A DNA stretch of 64,000 bases from an uncultured Pseudomonadales bacterium. Lineage in GTDB: Bacteria; Pseudomonadota; Gammaproteobacteria; Pseudomonadales; Azotimanducaceae. Of this stretch, positions 9,694-18,518 are shown one piece after another. The DNA lies in the NCBI GenBank assembly GCA_964548025.1, contig CAZJRI010000002.1:26175-90174 (forward strand). Direction: 5' to 3'. How positions within the stretch are numbered: position 1 is the stretch's first letter; each line of letters starts with the position of its first letter. The notes under the pieces were generated by a model. The model ran no database searches and had not been told where the DNA came from. It saw only the letters and a list, made by a program, of their open reading frames with translations. A program made the position numbers and the translations under genes.

Positions 9694-10259
9694 TGGTATC
9701 TTCCTCTTCATGCTGATATCGACATCCCGGATCGGTATCGATTGATGCCAATCCGGTATTCTTCGGGTCTAAATGCCGGATTTACAAATCTACCACTATT
9801 AACAATTCAAATGAATGTAACTCGACCCGGTCATGAGATTTTCGACACGGCTTGTGCTTCGTAGGTTCTACTTTTGTATCAGAACACTGACCTTATCTGA
9901 GCATTTGACTATCATTGTAAGACTGGAATCTTCATTTTCGTGGAGCATGTAATGGTGGGCACACTGATATCCACTGTTGGAATTTGTACCATCCTGTCTG
10001 CCTCATTTATTTTAAGGGTCTACGCAGCAAAAACTCGAATCTGGATGGGTATAATGCACATCCAGGCCGAATTCCGCTGGATGAAAAAAACACCCGTGAA
10101 TCTGTTGGTGCTGAATTGTCTCTTGTCATGAATCTTGAAGAACTGGATAAAGCACCTGAACTTTTATTGAATCAGATAATATGGAAGTCGATTAAAAAAC
10201 CTGGCTCGGGAATGCCAATGCCCCTTACAAGTCGTGACTGGGTGCGTGATCTGGATTAA

Positions 10260-10676
10260 ATGCAGAAACTTATTAAAAACAGGTTATACAAGGTACTGGG
10301 ATTTGTATTCCTGGGGCTTGCGATTATTGGCGTTCCGCTGCCAGTCATGCCGACAACGCCCTTTCTCCTGCTATCTGCCTGGTTTTTTGCGCGGTCATCT
10401 GAAAAATGGCATACCTGGCTTCTGGCGAGTGAACTATTTGGGCCGCTGATTCGAAACTGGGAAGCTAATCACTGCATCAGCCTTCGTACCAAACAGGTGG
10501 CAATTGCCGGAATGGTTGTACTTGGCGGGACATCGATCACTTTCGCGGTCGATGTGCTGTGGTTGAGGATAGTTGCGGGGATGTTAATGCTCTCGGGCAG
10601 CATTGTTGTGCTTTGCATCAAAACCTGCCCGGACTGCGTATTGGAGAGTTCGCTGGAGGGCGAGAAGAAAAATTAG
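10260..10676 (+). CDS. YbaN/DUF454 family inner-membrane protein
   Basis: PLPVMPTTPFLLLSAWFFARSSEKWHTWL is the characteristic DUF454 N-terminal block. Four predicted hydrophobic helices. Confidence 0.75.
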   Translation: MQKLIKNRLYKVLGFVFLGLAIIGVPLPVMPTTPFLLLSAWFFARSSEKWHTWLLASELFGPLIRNWEANHCISLRTKQVAIAGMVVLGGTSITFAVDVLWLRIVAGMLMLSGSIVVLCIKTCPDCVLESSLEGEKKN

Positions 10677-10771
10677 ATGATCAAGGCGATTAACTCGGGA
10701 TGGGATAAGAAAGAGCGTAGAGACCTGCTATTCAGCAGTAAATTGGGAATGCTTTATAAGGATCGAATATA

Positions 10772-11941
10772 GTGAAAGTGCTGATAGCAGGAGGTGGTAT
10801 TGGTGGTATGAGTGCAGCCCTGTGTCTGGCTCAAAGTGGTTTCGACGTGGAGATATTTGAGCAGGATCCTGAGTTCGGTGAAATTGGTGCAGGTCTGCAG
10901 TTAAGTGCGAACTGCATGCGTGTTCTGCACTATTTGGGTTTGGAAAACGAAATCAGGGATGTCAGCTTCTATCCCGAGGGCGTGGAAATTCGCCATTGGA
11001 AAAACGGCGCGACAATCTCTGAAACAAACCTGGGTGAGAGCGCAACGAAGAAGTATGGATATCCCTACTATCATATTCATCGGGCGGATTTGTTGAATGT
11101 ACTATGCCAGGCTGCAGGAGAAGCGGACAATATCGTGCTGCATGCTGATAGCAGAGTGGCTGGTTTCAGTCAGCGAGAGAAAGGCGTCACGGTATCAGCC
11201 AGGGGGCAGGAATACAGCGGAGATGTTCTGGTAGGTGCAGACGGTATCCACTCTGTTGTGCGTGAAGGTCTCTTTGGAAAACAGCAGCCTGTTTTTACCG
11301 GCAATGTAGCCTGGCGAGCGCTCGTACCGGTTGAGAGATTACCCGAATCGCTGATACGACCGGTGGCAACAGCCTGGTGGGGTCCCCAGAAGCACTTCAT
11401 TCACTATTATGTTCGCCGGGCAGAACTGGTCAATTGCGTCTGTGTGGTGGAAAAGACCGGTTGGGAGGAGGAATCCTGGACGGTCCGGGGAGAACCAGGC
11501 GAGATCAGAGGTGATTTTGCTGGCTGGAATGAGACAGTAAAAACCCTGGTTGAGCAAATTGACGATGATACCTGTTACAAGTGGGCACTTTTCGACAGAC
11601 CGCCAATGAAACAATGGAGCCACGGCAGGGTTACCTTGTTAGGAGATGCATGCCATCCGACCCTTCCTTACCTCGCGCAGGGAGCAGCGATGGCGATTGA
11701 AGATGCCGCTGTTCTTGCAGGATGCCTGAAAGAGATAGAAGGAGTGAGATCAGCGTTGATGCAATACGAAGAATTGCGAATGGATCGTACAGCTCGAATT
11801 CAACTGGGGTCTCGTCGAAATTCGCGTATTTTCCACATGAGTGGATTTGGCGCCTGGCTACGAAACAGGGTGGCTAAGCAGCTTGGTAACAGACTGATCG
11901 ATCGTATCTATCGATATGATGCACTCAATGCATTGAAATGA
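10772..11941 (+). CDS. FAD-dependent aromatic-ring monooxygenase (salicylate / 3-hydroxybenzoate hydroxylase-like)
   Basis: GGGIGGMSAAL dinucleotide motif, GADGIHSVVR, and LLGDACHPTLPYLAQGAAMAIEDA. Confidence 0.8.
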   Translation: MKVLIAGGGIGGMSAALCLAQSGFDVEIFEQDPEFGEIGAGLQLSANCMRVLHYLGLENEIRDVSFYPEGVEIRHWKNGATISETNLGESATKKYGYPYYHIHRADLLNVLCQAAGEADNIVLHADSRVAGFSQREKGVTVSARGQEYSGDVLVGADGIHSVVREGLFGKQQPVFTGNVAWRALVPVERLPESLIRPVATAWWGPQKHFIHYYVRRAELVNCVCVVEKTGWEEESWTVRGEPGEIRGDFAGWNETVKTLVEQIDDDTCYKWALFDRPPMKQWSHGRVTLLGDACHPTLPYLAQGAAMAIEDAAVLAGCLKEIEGVRSALMQYEELRMDRTARIQLGSRRNSRIFHMSGFGAWLRNRVAKQLGNRLIDRIYRYDALNALK

Positions 11942-12016
11942 GTCGCCGGTAAAGTTGCTGATTGAGTAGCTGGTATCGAGGGTTGATTGTTGGAACTCCC
12001 AACAGCAATCCGCCTT

Positions 12017-12667
12017 CTAGCCTTCATAAAATTCAAAGATCCAGCCAAGATCCTCTGGTTTTTCGATGACGACATCAGCACCCGCGCTGATTAACTCATC
12101 CTTGGTGCCATAACCCCACAAGACCCCAACTGTTTGTATCTCGTTAGCAAGACCGCCCTTGATATCGTGTGATCGATCGCCGACCATGGTTGCATAGCGG
12201 GTGCGAATCTTCTCGCTTTCGAGCAGGTATTTAATCAGTTCAGCCTTGTCGCCTCTTGTGCCATCCAGTTCGCTGCCATAAACCCCCTTAAACAGATGAT
12301 CGAGCTTAAAGTGTTCCAGAATCCGGACTGCGAAAACCTTTGGCTTGGACGTTGCAACGTATAGACCCACACCCCACTCATTAAAGTCTTCCAACGATTG
12401 TTTGATGCCGGGGTAAAGAGAATTTTCATAGATTCCTTCATCCGTAAATCGCTCTCGATAGAGAGTAATTGCCTGATTAACGTCTGCCTCTGTCGAGTTG
12501 GGTATGAGCTTGCCAAAAGTTTCCTGAAGGGGTGGTCCAAGCAGGTTGGTCATTTCTTCTTCGCCTGGCACAGGTAAGCCGAGTTTGACGAGTGCATATT
12601 CGATACTTCTGGAAATTCCAGGCCTCGAATCGGTGAGTGTTCCGTCCAGGTCTAAGAGCAGGTTCAT
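12017..12667 (-). CDS. HAD-superfamily hydrolase (phosphoglycolate phosphatase-like)
   Basis: DLDGTLTDS motif I, ATSK motif II, VGDRSHD motif IV. Start placed at MNLLLDLDGT; the ORF is open to 12778. Confidence 0.8.
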   Translation of the reverse strand: MNLLLDLDGTLTDSRPGISRSIEYALVKLGLPVPGEEEMTNLLGPPLQETFGKLIPNSTEADVNQAITLYRERFTDEGIYENSLYPGIKQSLEDFNEWGVGLYVATSKPKVFAVRILEHFKLDHLFKGVYGSELDGTRGDKAELIKYLLESEKIRTRYATMVGDRSHDIKGGLANEIQTVGVLWGYGTKDELISAGADVVIEKPEDLGWIFEFYEG

Positions 12668-12872
12668 AATGTTTTCAAGTTTTTCCCAAAGCGTGGATAA
12701 ATTACGGCAGGTCTTGTTACCTGGCAGAAAGCCTACCTTTTCTGCCGGTGTCTTGTACAGATTTACTCTTAGGTACAATGATTATGTTATTCGATTGTGG
12801 CCTCTTCACCCGGTTGCCACGGGAACACATCTCAGATACAGTTTCGCGAACCCTGTCTATGGAAAGTGCTAA

Positions 12873-13979
12873 ATGAACCCTCCTGTTGCAACGGAACTCA
12901 CTATTGATCAGAAACGGTCTCTTTATAGAGATGGATATGTCGTTCTCAAGAATGCCGTACCGGCAGAAATTATTGAGGCTGCCAGGGCACGTATACGCAG
13001 AGCCAAAAAAGGGGAGAATCTGGGTACAGAAAAAGAGATGACGGACCTGGTCAATGCTTCATCGATTACACCGGTTCTAAGGGAAGCAATCGGCCAGTTT
13101 GATCCGCCTATGGCTTGCCAGGTGGGTGTATTAAAGATTTCGAAACCGGGTAATCATTTCAACAATACTGGCTATCGCGATAAAGATATGCCTTATTACG
13201 GCGCTGAGACCCATATGGATGGCAGCATAACCATTGCAGCACCCCAGGAGGTTCAGGAGGGTACGCCGGAAGAAATCTATCATCGCTATTTTGCGTCAGG
13301 ACCGAAGGGCGATCTCGGCAGAAGCCCGGATGTTATAGGCCATAATATGGTTCCAATGTTTGAGGATCCGGAAATGACCCTTGGTCTGGGCAGCTTCACA
13401 GCATTTGTCTTTGTATGCCTGAGTGATCAGATGGTGGAGGGATGTGGGCAGACATCACTGTTGAAAGGTGCACATCATGCCGTCGAGAAATTCTTCCGTA
13501 TGCAAAGGGAGACCAATAACTGTCTCGGTCCGGAAGGGCCGGGATGGCCCCGTCTGGATTATGAGTCTCCCAACCGCAGTGGGCTGGTCTATTTGCCTGA
13601 AGCCGTTCGTAATCAGTTTCTTGATGAGTCATCGGCATCAACTCCGGATGGTAAGCGTTGGCCGAGACCGACACAGATAATGATGCAGCCGGGGGATGCC
13701 TGCATAGCTGTCTACCAGATCCCACATTCAGGCAGCCGTAACGAGAATGGCACCGAATCCAGAAAGAACATCATCTTTCGCATACGTAACAAAATACGGC
13801 AACCCGATAAGATGGTGAATGGTGTAACCGATCACCCGGACAGGGGCCAGATGGGTGAGTGGCTGGACTACGATGAGGGCAATGATCCCTGGGAGCGTTC
13901 GAAACATGCCATGTGCAATATGTGGGAGGAATGGGAAGGGATGCAGGAGGTCGTCGCCGAGGAAGAGGGCAAGAAATAG
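12873..13979 (+). CDS. phytanoyl-CoA dioxygenase (PhyH)-like Fe(II)/2-oxoglutarate dioxygenase
   Basis: PhyH-like N-terminus (LYRDGYVVLKNAVP), an HxD triad candidate (THMDG) and a distal His (IPHSGSRN). Confidence 0.55.
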   Translation: MNPPVATELTIDQKRSLYRDGYVVLKNAVPAEIIEAARARIRRAKKGENLGTEKEMTDLVNASSITPVLREAIGQFDPPMACQVGVLKISKPGNHFNNTGYRDKDMPYYGAETHMDGSITIAAPQEVQEGTPEEIYHRYFASGPKGDLGRSPDVIGHNMVPMFEDPEMTLGLGSFTAFVFVCLSDQMVEGCGQTSLLKGAHHAVEKFFRMQRETNNCLGPEGPGWPRLDYESPNRSGLVYLPEAVRNQFLDESSASTPDGKRWPRPTQIMMQPGDACIAVYQIPHSGSRNENGTESRKNIIFRIRNKIRQPDKMVNGVTDHPDRGQMGEWLDYDEGNDPWERSKHAMCNMWEEWEGMQEVVAEEEGKK

Positions 13980-14015
13980 CTTTATTGGTTTTGAGGTATT
14001 GGATCCTTCCTGGTC

Positions 14016-14041
14016 AATGAGAAACTAGTCTTTCTCATTTT
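14016..14041 (+). terminator. probable intrinsic terminator after the PhyH-like gene
   Basis: AATGAGAAA-CTAGTC-TTTCTCATT is a perfect 9-bp stem. It is followed only by TT and is AT-rich. Confidence 0.5.
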
Positions 14042-14191
14042 AGGTCCAGCGGTCAGCATGAGTTGAATTTCCTCACTGGACCGCTGCGAATCAAGTTCGT
14101 TTCACGGGGTTGATATTATCTGGTCACGGCACCCAAAAATAGTACATTCAGGTATACTGCCGAACCGGAGAAAACCATCCAGCGAGTTCAA

Positions 14192-15829
14192 TTGAAAACA
14201 GAATTTCTCGGCAAGTCTATTACCGCTCCCTTCACAATCCCTTCAGGTATCGTTTCTACTTCAACCCATATCATCGACTATATATTCAGACATGTTCCTG
14301 AAATTGGTGTGGTAACTACCAAGAGCATTGGACCAGAGCCACGATTGGGTAACCGGGAACCGGTTTATAGCCAGTACGCAAAAGGTTGTTTCGTGAATGC
14401 TGTTGGCCTGACAAACCCCGGGGCCGATGCATCGATTTCAACGCTATCAAGTCTGAATATTCCGCCTGATCGATTTCTGCTGGTATCTATTTTTGGTGGT
14501 AGCGTTGAAGAATATGTTGAGGTTGCGGAAAAACTTGCCCCTTATTGTGATGGTTTGGAACTCAATCTCTCCTGCCCGCATGCAAAAGGATTCGGTATGG
14601 CAATGGGTCAGGACCCGAAACTGGTTAAGGAAATCACTCGGGCTGTCAAGAATGCCGTGGCTGTGCCGGTAATCCCTAAACTCACACCTAACGTACCCAA
14701 TTTACCCGAGATTGCACTGGCTGCCGCCGAGGGTGGTGCTGATGCGATTTGTGCGATCAATACAGTCGGACCAGGTCATCATACGTCTTTTGGGCATGCC
14801 GTCTTGTCCAATCAAGCTGGAGGACTATCCGGTAAGGGAATATTACCCATAGGTCTGAAGTGCGTCGCTGAAATAAGCGCTACGGTAGAGCTGCCTGTGA
14901 TCGGCTGTGGCGGAATCAGCAGTGCTGATGATGTCAGGGCCTACAAATCGGCTGGTGCAAATATTTTCGGGGTTGGTTCGGCCCTGACCGGGATGACAAC
15001 GTCTGAGCTCAAATCCTATTTCTCTCAACTAAGTCTGGATCTGGCGCAGGATGACAATTCCGCAGAAGAGATGATTCATTACGATGTTGATATGAGCTTT
15101 CGCCCTTGTACACTGGTTAGCAACGAGAAGATCGCTGATGATATTTCGATCCTCACATTTGACCGAAAAATTAATGTAAAAGCTGGAGAATTCATTTTTC
15201 TCTGGATCCCCGGGCTGGGAGAAAAACCATTTTCTGTATTAGATGATGATCCGATGTCGCTGGTGGTCATACAGGTGGGAGAATTCACCGAGAAGCTGAT
15301 TGACTTGAAACCAGGTACCCAGGCCTATACAAGGGGACCTTATGGGATAAAGGTCAGTCCGCCTTCCGAGGCAAAAATTATTGCGGTAGCTGGTGGTACC
15401 GGGCTGGCTGCTGTTTATCAGTTGGCCAGGGACTTTGGTGACTGCGACTTGTTTGTTGGCGCCAGGTCAAAAGACAGGCTCTACTATCTTGATCAGGCAT
15501 CGGCTTGTAGTGAGTTACACATCGCAACGGATGATGGCAGTGAGGGGTATGAGGGTTTCGTCACCGAGTTGTTGCGTCAGTATCTTATGACGTTGAGTGA
15601 GGATTCGCTTGGGAACCTGTATTTTTATAACTGTGGTCCGGAACCGATGGTTCATGCGGCGGTTAAAGTGCAGCAGGAATTTGCTTCCAACCATCAGATA
15701 TTTAGTGCCATTGACTATGTGACCAAATGTGGCGTCGGCGTCTGCGGTGCCTGTGCATCACCTGACGGGCGGCGGCTATGTATGGATGGCCCCTTTCTTG
15801 AAACGGTAGATTTTGAATCGGCTGTATAA
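14192..15829 (+). CDS. class-1 dihydroorotate/dihydropyrimidine dehydrogenase-family flavoprotein fused to a PyrK-like FAD/NAD(P) and [2Fe-2S] electron-transfer domain
   Basis: N-terminal TIM barrel: LGNREP, VGLTNPG, LELNLSCPHAKGFGMAMGQDP, KLTPN, GGLSG, GCGGI. C-terminal PyrK-like part: GEKPFSV, GPYG, VAGGTGLA, CGPEPM, CGVGVCGAC...LCMDGP. TTG start as in the ORF track. Confidence 0.8.
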   Translation: MKTEFLGKSITAPFTIPSGIVSTSTHIIDYIFRHVPEIGVVTTKSIGPEPRLGNREPVYSQYAKGCFVNAVGLTNPGADASISTLSSLNIPPDRFLLVSIFGGSVEEYVEVAEKLAPYCDGLELNLSCPHAKGFGMAMGQDPKLVKEITRAVKNAVAVPVIPKLTPNVPNLPEIALAAAEGGADAICAINTVGPGHHTSFGHAVLSNQAGGLSGKGILPIGLKCVAEISATVELPVIGCGGISSADDVRAYKSAGANIFGVGSALTGMTTSELKSYFSQLSLDLAQDDNSAEEMIHYDVDMSFRPCTLVSNEKIADDISILTFDRKINVKAGEFIFLWIPGLGEKPFSVLDDDPMSLVVIQVGEFTEKLIDLKPGTQAYTRGPYGIKVSPPSEAKIIAVAGGTGLAAVYQLARDFGDCDLFVGARSKDRLYYLDQASACSELHIATDDGSEGYEGFVTELLRQYLMTLSEDSLGNLYFYNCGPEPMVHAAVKVQQEFASNHQIFSAIDYVTKCGVGVCGACASPDGRRLCMDGPFLETVDFESAV

Positions 15830-15884
15830 CTAATGGGGCTTAATGGGTTTTAATGAGTAATTGAAAATAAGAAAGGAGTAATTA

Positions 15885-16283
15885 ATGTTTCGACATCGTG
15901 ACCAGATAATTCAGAGGTACCTTCTCACCGGATTGATCCTTCTCTCAACAGTTGCCTTTGGTTCTGTTACAGCGCAGGCCAAGTGCAATCCCGAAGAAGT
16001 GGGCTATGTCGCCACCTTCAATGTTAAGCCGGGCAGCGAGGCGGAGTTTGAGGCTGCCATTAGCAAGCTCTCCGAAACCGTGCTGCGACTTGAGCCGGGT
16101 GCGATTCTGTATGCGCCTTATAAAGGGGTGGGGGGCAAGTACTACATGATGGAAAGGTACAAAAATGAAGCTGCCCGTAAAGTCCATGCGACTTCTGATG
16201 AAGTTCGGGCGCTGTTCCCACCGCTTTTTGCCACCCTCGCGGGTCAAGCAGATGTTCAACCTGTCAGCGCCATTTGTCCCTGA
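15885..16283 (+). CDS. antibiotic-biosynthesis-monooxygenase (ABM) domain protein with signal peptide
   Basis: Signal peptide-like N-terminus ending TAQA-K. The ABM ferredoxin-like core runs YVATFNVKPGSEAEFE ... MMERYKNEAARKVH. Confidence 0.6.
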   Translation: MFRHRDQIIQRYLLTGLILLSTVAFGSVTAQAKCNPEEVGYVATFNVKPGSEAEFEAAISKLSETVLRLEPGAILYAPYKGVGGKYYMMERYKNEAARKVHATSDEVRALFPPLFATLAGQADVQPVSAICP

Positions 16284-16339
16284 GGCACTACCTTCAGTGT
16301 CGGCGTTAGCCGGGAGCGAATAACAACTGGGGACTTAAG

Positions 16340-17992
16340 ATGGCTGAAGACAATGTTACTGAAGAGAATGTTACTGAAGACAATATTGCTGAAGATAATG
16401 TAGATGTTCTGATCATAGGTGCTGGCGCTTCCGGTGCTGCGGCTGCCTACAGTCTTGCAGATACCGGCATGCACATCATGTGCATGGAACAGGGAGACTG
16501 GACCAGGCAGGCTGATTATCCGACCAATCATCGAAACTGGGAGGAACTCAGGGGCAAGCGAATGCCTGCGAGTCCCAATATCAGGGGCAGGGATGAGGAC
16601 TATCCCATCAACGATGCTGAAGATTCACCTATTTCGATTGTTAACTTTAACGGCGTGGGTGGCAGCACTATTTTGTTTTCGGCACATTTTCCCCGATTCC
16701 ATCCATCTGATTTCCGGGTGAAAACCCTGGATGGCGTTGCTGATGACTGGCCCATCGATTACCAGCAGCTCGAACCCTATTACAAGCAGAACGATGAACT
16801 GATTGGTGTATCAGGATTGGATGGAGATCCTGCATATCCCCATAAGGAAACTCCCCTGCCGCCCATTCCAATTGGCAAGATGGGAAATGTCATTGGTAAG
16901 GGATTCAACAAGCTTGGATGGCATTGGTGGCCTTCTGATTCTGCCATTATCAGTCAACCTCATGATGGGCGGGACAAGTGTATCAATCTTGGGCCCTGCA
17001 ATTCCGGTTGTACACAGGGGGCCAAATCCAGTGCTGATGTCACTTACTGGCCTCACGCGCTGCGGAAAGGCGTCGAGCTAAAAACTCACTGTCGTGTCAG
17101 GGAGATTGTAGTAAATGACAAGGGTATGGCGACTGGTGTCATTTACTATAACAAGCAGGGGGAAGAGTGCAGACAAAATGCCGAGGTCGTCATTGTTGCC
17201 TGCAATGGTGTTGGCACACCCCGGCTTTTACTTAATTCCAAATCAAGCCAGTTTCCGGATGGATTAGCCAATCGTTCCGGTCTGGTCGGCAAGAACCTGA
17301 TGTTACATCCCTGGGGTCATACCGAAGGTTTTTTTGAAGAAGGCCTGGAATCGTATCTTGGTCCCGGAGGCACCTGCATCCTGAGTCAGCAATTTTATGA
17401 GACGGACCCGAAGCGGGATTTTGTGAGGGGATATGGTTTTCAGATTACGAGGGGCTCTCCGCCGGTTGCGACTGCTATAAACGGATACGAGAGAGGTGAT
17501 ATACCATGGGGCCGCGGGCATCATGCAGCCTTCAGAAAACACTTTGGAACGAACGTTGCCTGTTCGGTATGTGTGGAAGATCTGCCCGAACTACATAATA
17601 CAGTCACCCTGGACCCGGAACTTACCGATTCAGATGGCATTCCTGCTCCCAAGATTAACTACACCTTAAGCGAGAACAGCCGAAAGATGCTGGCCCATGG
17701 CAGTGCGAGGAGCAGAGAGTTGATGGAAGCGGCAGGAGCCTGGAAGACTCTCGATCATGGGCTCTTGAGGTATGCGGGCTGGCATCTGCTCGGTACCGCA
17801 CGAATGGGCAAAGATCCTTCGAACTCAGTGGTCAATGAATGGGGGAGAAGCCATGATGTGAAAAATCTCTTTATAATTGATGGCAGTATCTTTGTGACAT
17901 CAGCGGCAGGAAATCCGACGACAACAATCCAGGCACTGGCACTTTATATTGCAGACACGATGAAGAAAAACCTGGCCAATCTGTTTGATTGA
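16340..17992 (+). CDS. GMC-family FAD oxidoreductase (gluconate 2-dehydrogenase flavoprotein-like)
   Basis: DVLIIGAGASGAAAAY FAD motif, and C-terminal GTARMG ... NLFIIDGSIF ... NPTTTI GMC blocks. An acidic pentapeptide-repeat N-terminal extension precedes the FAD motif. Confidence 0.85.
   Translation: MAEDNVTEENVTEDNIAEDNVDVLIIGAGASGAAAAYSLADTGMHIMCMEQGDWTRQADYPTNHRNWEELRGKRMPASPNIRGRDEDYPINDAEDSPISIVNFNGVGGSTILFSAHFPRFHPSDFRVKTLDGVADDWPIDYQQLEPYYKQNDELIGVSGLDGDPAYPHKETPLPPIPIGKMGNVIGKGFNKLGWHWWPSDSAIISQPHDGRDKCINLGPCNSGCTQGAKSSADVTYWPHALRKGVELKTHCRVREIVVNDKGMATGVIYYNKQGEECRQNAEVVIVACNGVGTPRLLLNSKSSQFPDGLANRSGLVGKNLMLHPWGHTEGFFEEGLESYLGPGGTCILSQQFYETDPKRDFVRGYGFQITRGSPPVATAINGYERGDIPWGRGHHAAFRKHFGTNVACSVCVEDLPELHNTVTLDPELTDSDGIPAPKINYTLSENSRKMLAHGSARSRELMEAAGAWKTLDHGLLRYAGWHLLGTARMGKDPSNSVVNEWGRSHDVKNLFIIDGSIFVTSAAGNPTTTIQALALYIADTMKKNLANLFD
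16346..16405 (+). repeat. four imperfect 15-bp tandem repeats inside the 5' end of the GMC oxidoreductase gene
   Basis: The units are gaagacaatgttact, gaagagaatgttact, gaagacaatattgct and gaagataatgtagat. They encode EDNVT-EENVT-EDNIA-EDNVD immediately before the GxGxxG motif. Confidence 0.9.
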
Positions 17993-17998
17993 GGCTTG

Positions 17999-18478
17999 AT
18001 GATGACAAAAGAAAGTATTATCCAAACTGATCAGGTGCTCAACAAGCAGCAGCTTGGTGCGCTTGAAGCCATGCTCGAGCTGATTATTCCGGCAAGTGAT
18101 GATGGCACTATGCCAGGGGCCAAAGATGTTGGATTTCAGGAATACCTGCTGGAAAATGCCGTTGATTTTATTCCGGAACTGAAGGAAGGCCTTAATGCGG
18201 TCATCGAAGGTTCCCAACAGATTCAGAAAAGTGAATTTCAGTCACTTGAAGAGGCCGATCAGCTATCGTTGATTGAATCGCTGCGTGGTGAACTCGGGCA
18301 CTTCCTGAGGAAGCTAACGCACAAGGTGATGTCATGTTATTACATACATGACCGGGTACTTGAAGGTCTTGGACTGGAAGCAAGACCCCCATTCCCTGAT
18401 GGCAATCAGGTAGACCCGGGTGATTTATCGTTACTTGACCCGGTAATTCAAAGAGGAAAGATATGGCGCGATGCTTAA
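17999..18478 (+). CDS. gluconate 2-dehydrogenase subunit 3-family small subunit (no Tat signal)
   Basis: LEAMLELIIPASDDGTMPGAKDVGFQEYL matches the subunit-3 family core. It starts 4-10 nt after the GMC stop. No twin-arginine leader is present. Confidence 0.65.
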   Translation: MMTKESIIQTDQVLNKQQLGALEAMLELIIPASDDGTMPGAKDVGFQEYLLENAVDFIPELKEGLNAVIEGSQQIQKSEFQSLEEADQLSLIESLRGELGHFLRKLTHKVMSCYYIHDRVLEGLGLEARPPFPDGNQVDPGDLSLLDPVIQRGKIWRDA

Positions 18479-18518
18479 CCCGGTTTTCTATTTATTTAAA
18501 ACAGACTGAACTTAGGCA

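Noticed and set aside
9984-10259. 91-aa ORF ending at the ybaN-like start codon.
   Set aside because: It has no RBS at its first start and no recognisable family. It is kept only as a remark in the intergenic-region finding, not as a feature.
11981-12011. An imperfect long hairpin between the convergent monooxygenase and HAD genes.
   Set aside because: The stem contains mismatches or a bulge, and neither strand has a U-tract. That is too weak to call a bidirectional terminator.
16346-16405. Whether the short tandem repeats here, and those at 46697-46716, could be a CRISPR array or minisatellite locus.
   Set aside because: The units are 15 bp and 10 bp, directly abutting with no spacers. One set is in-frame coding and the other overlaps a promoter. 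No cas genes are present.
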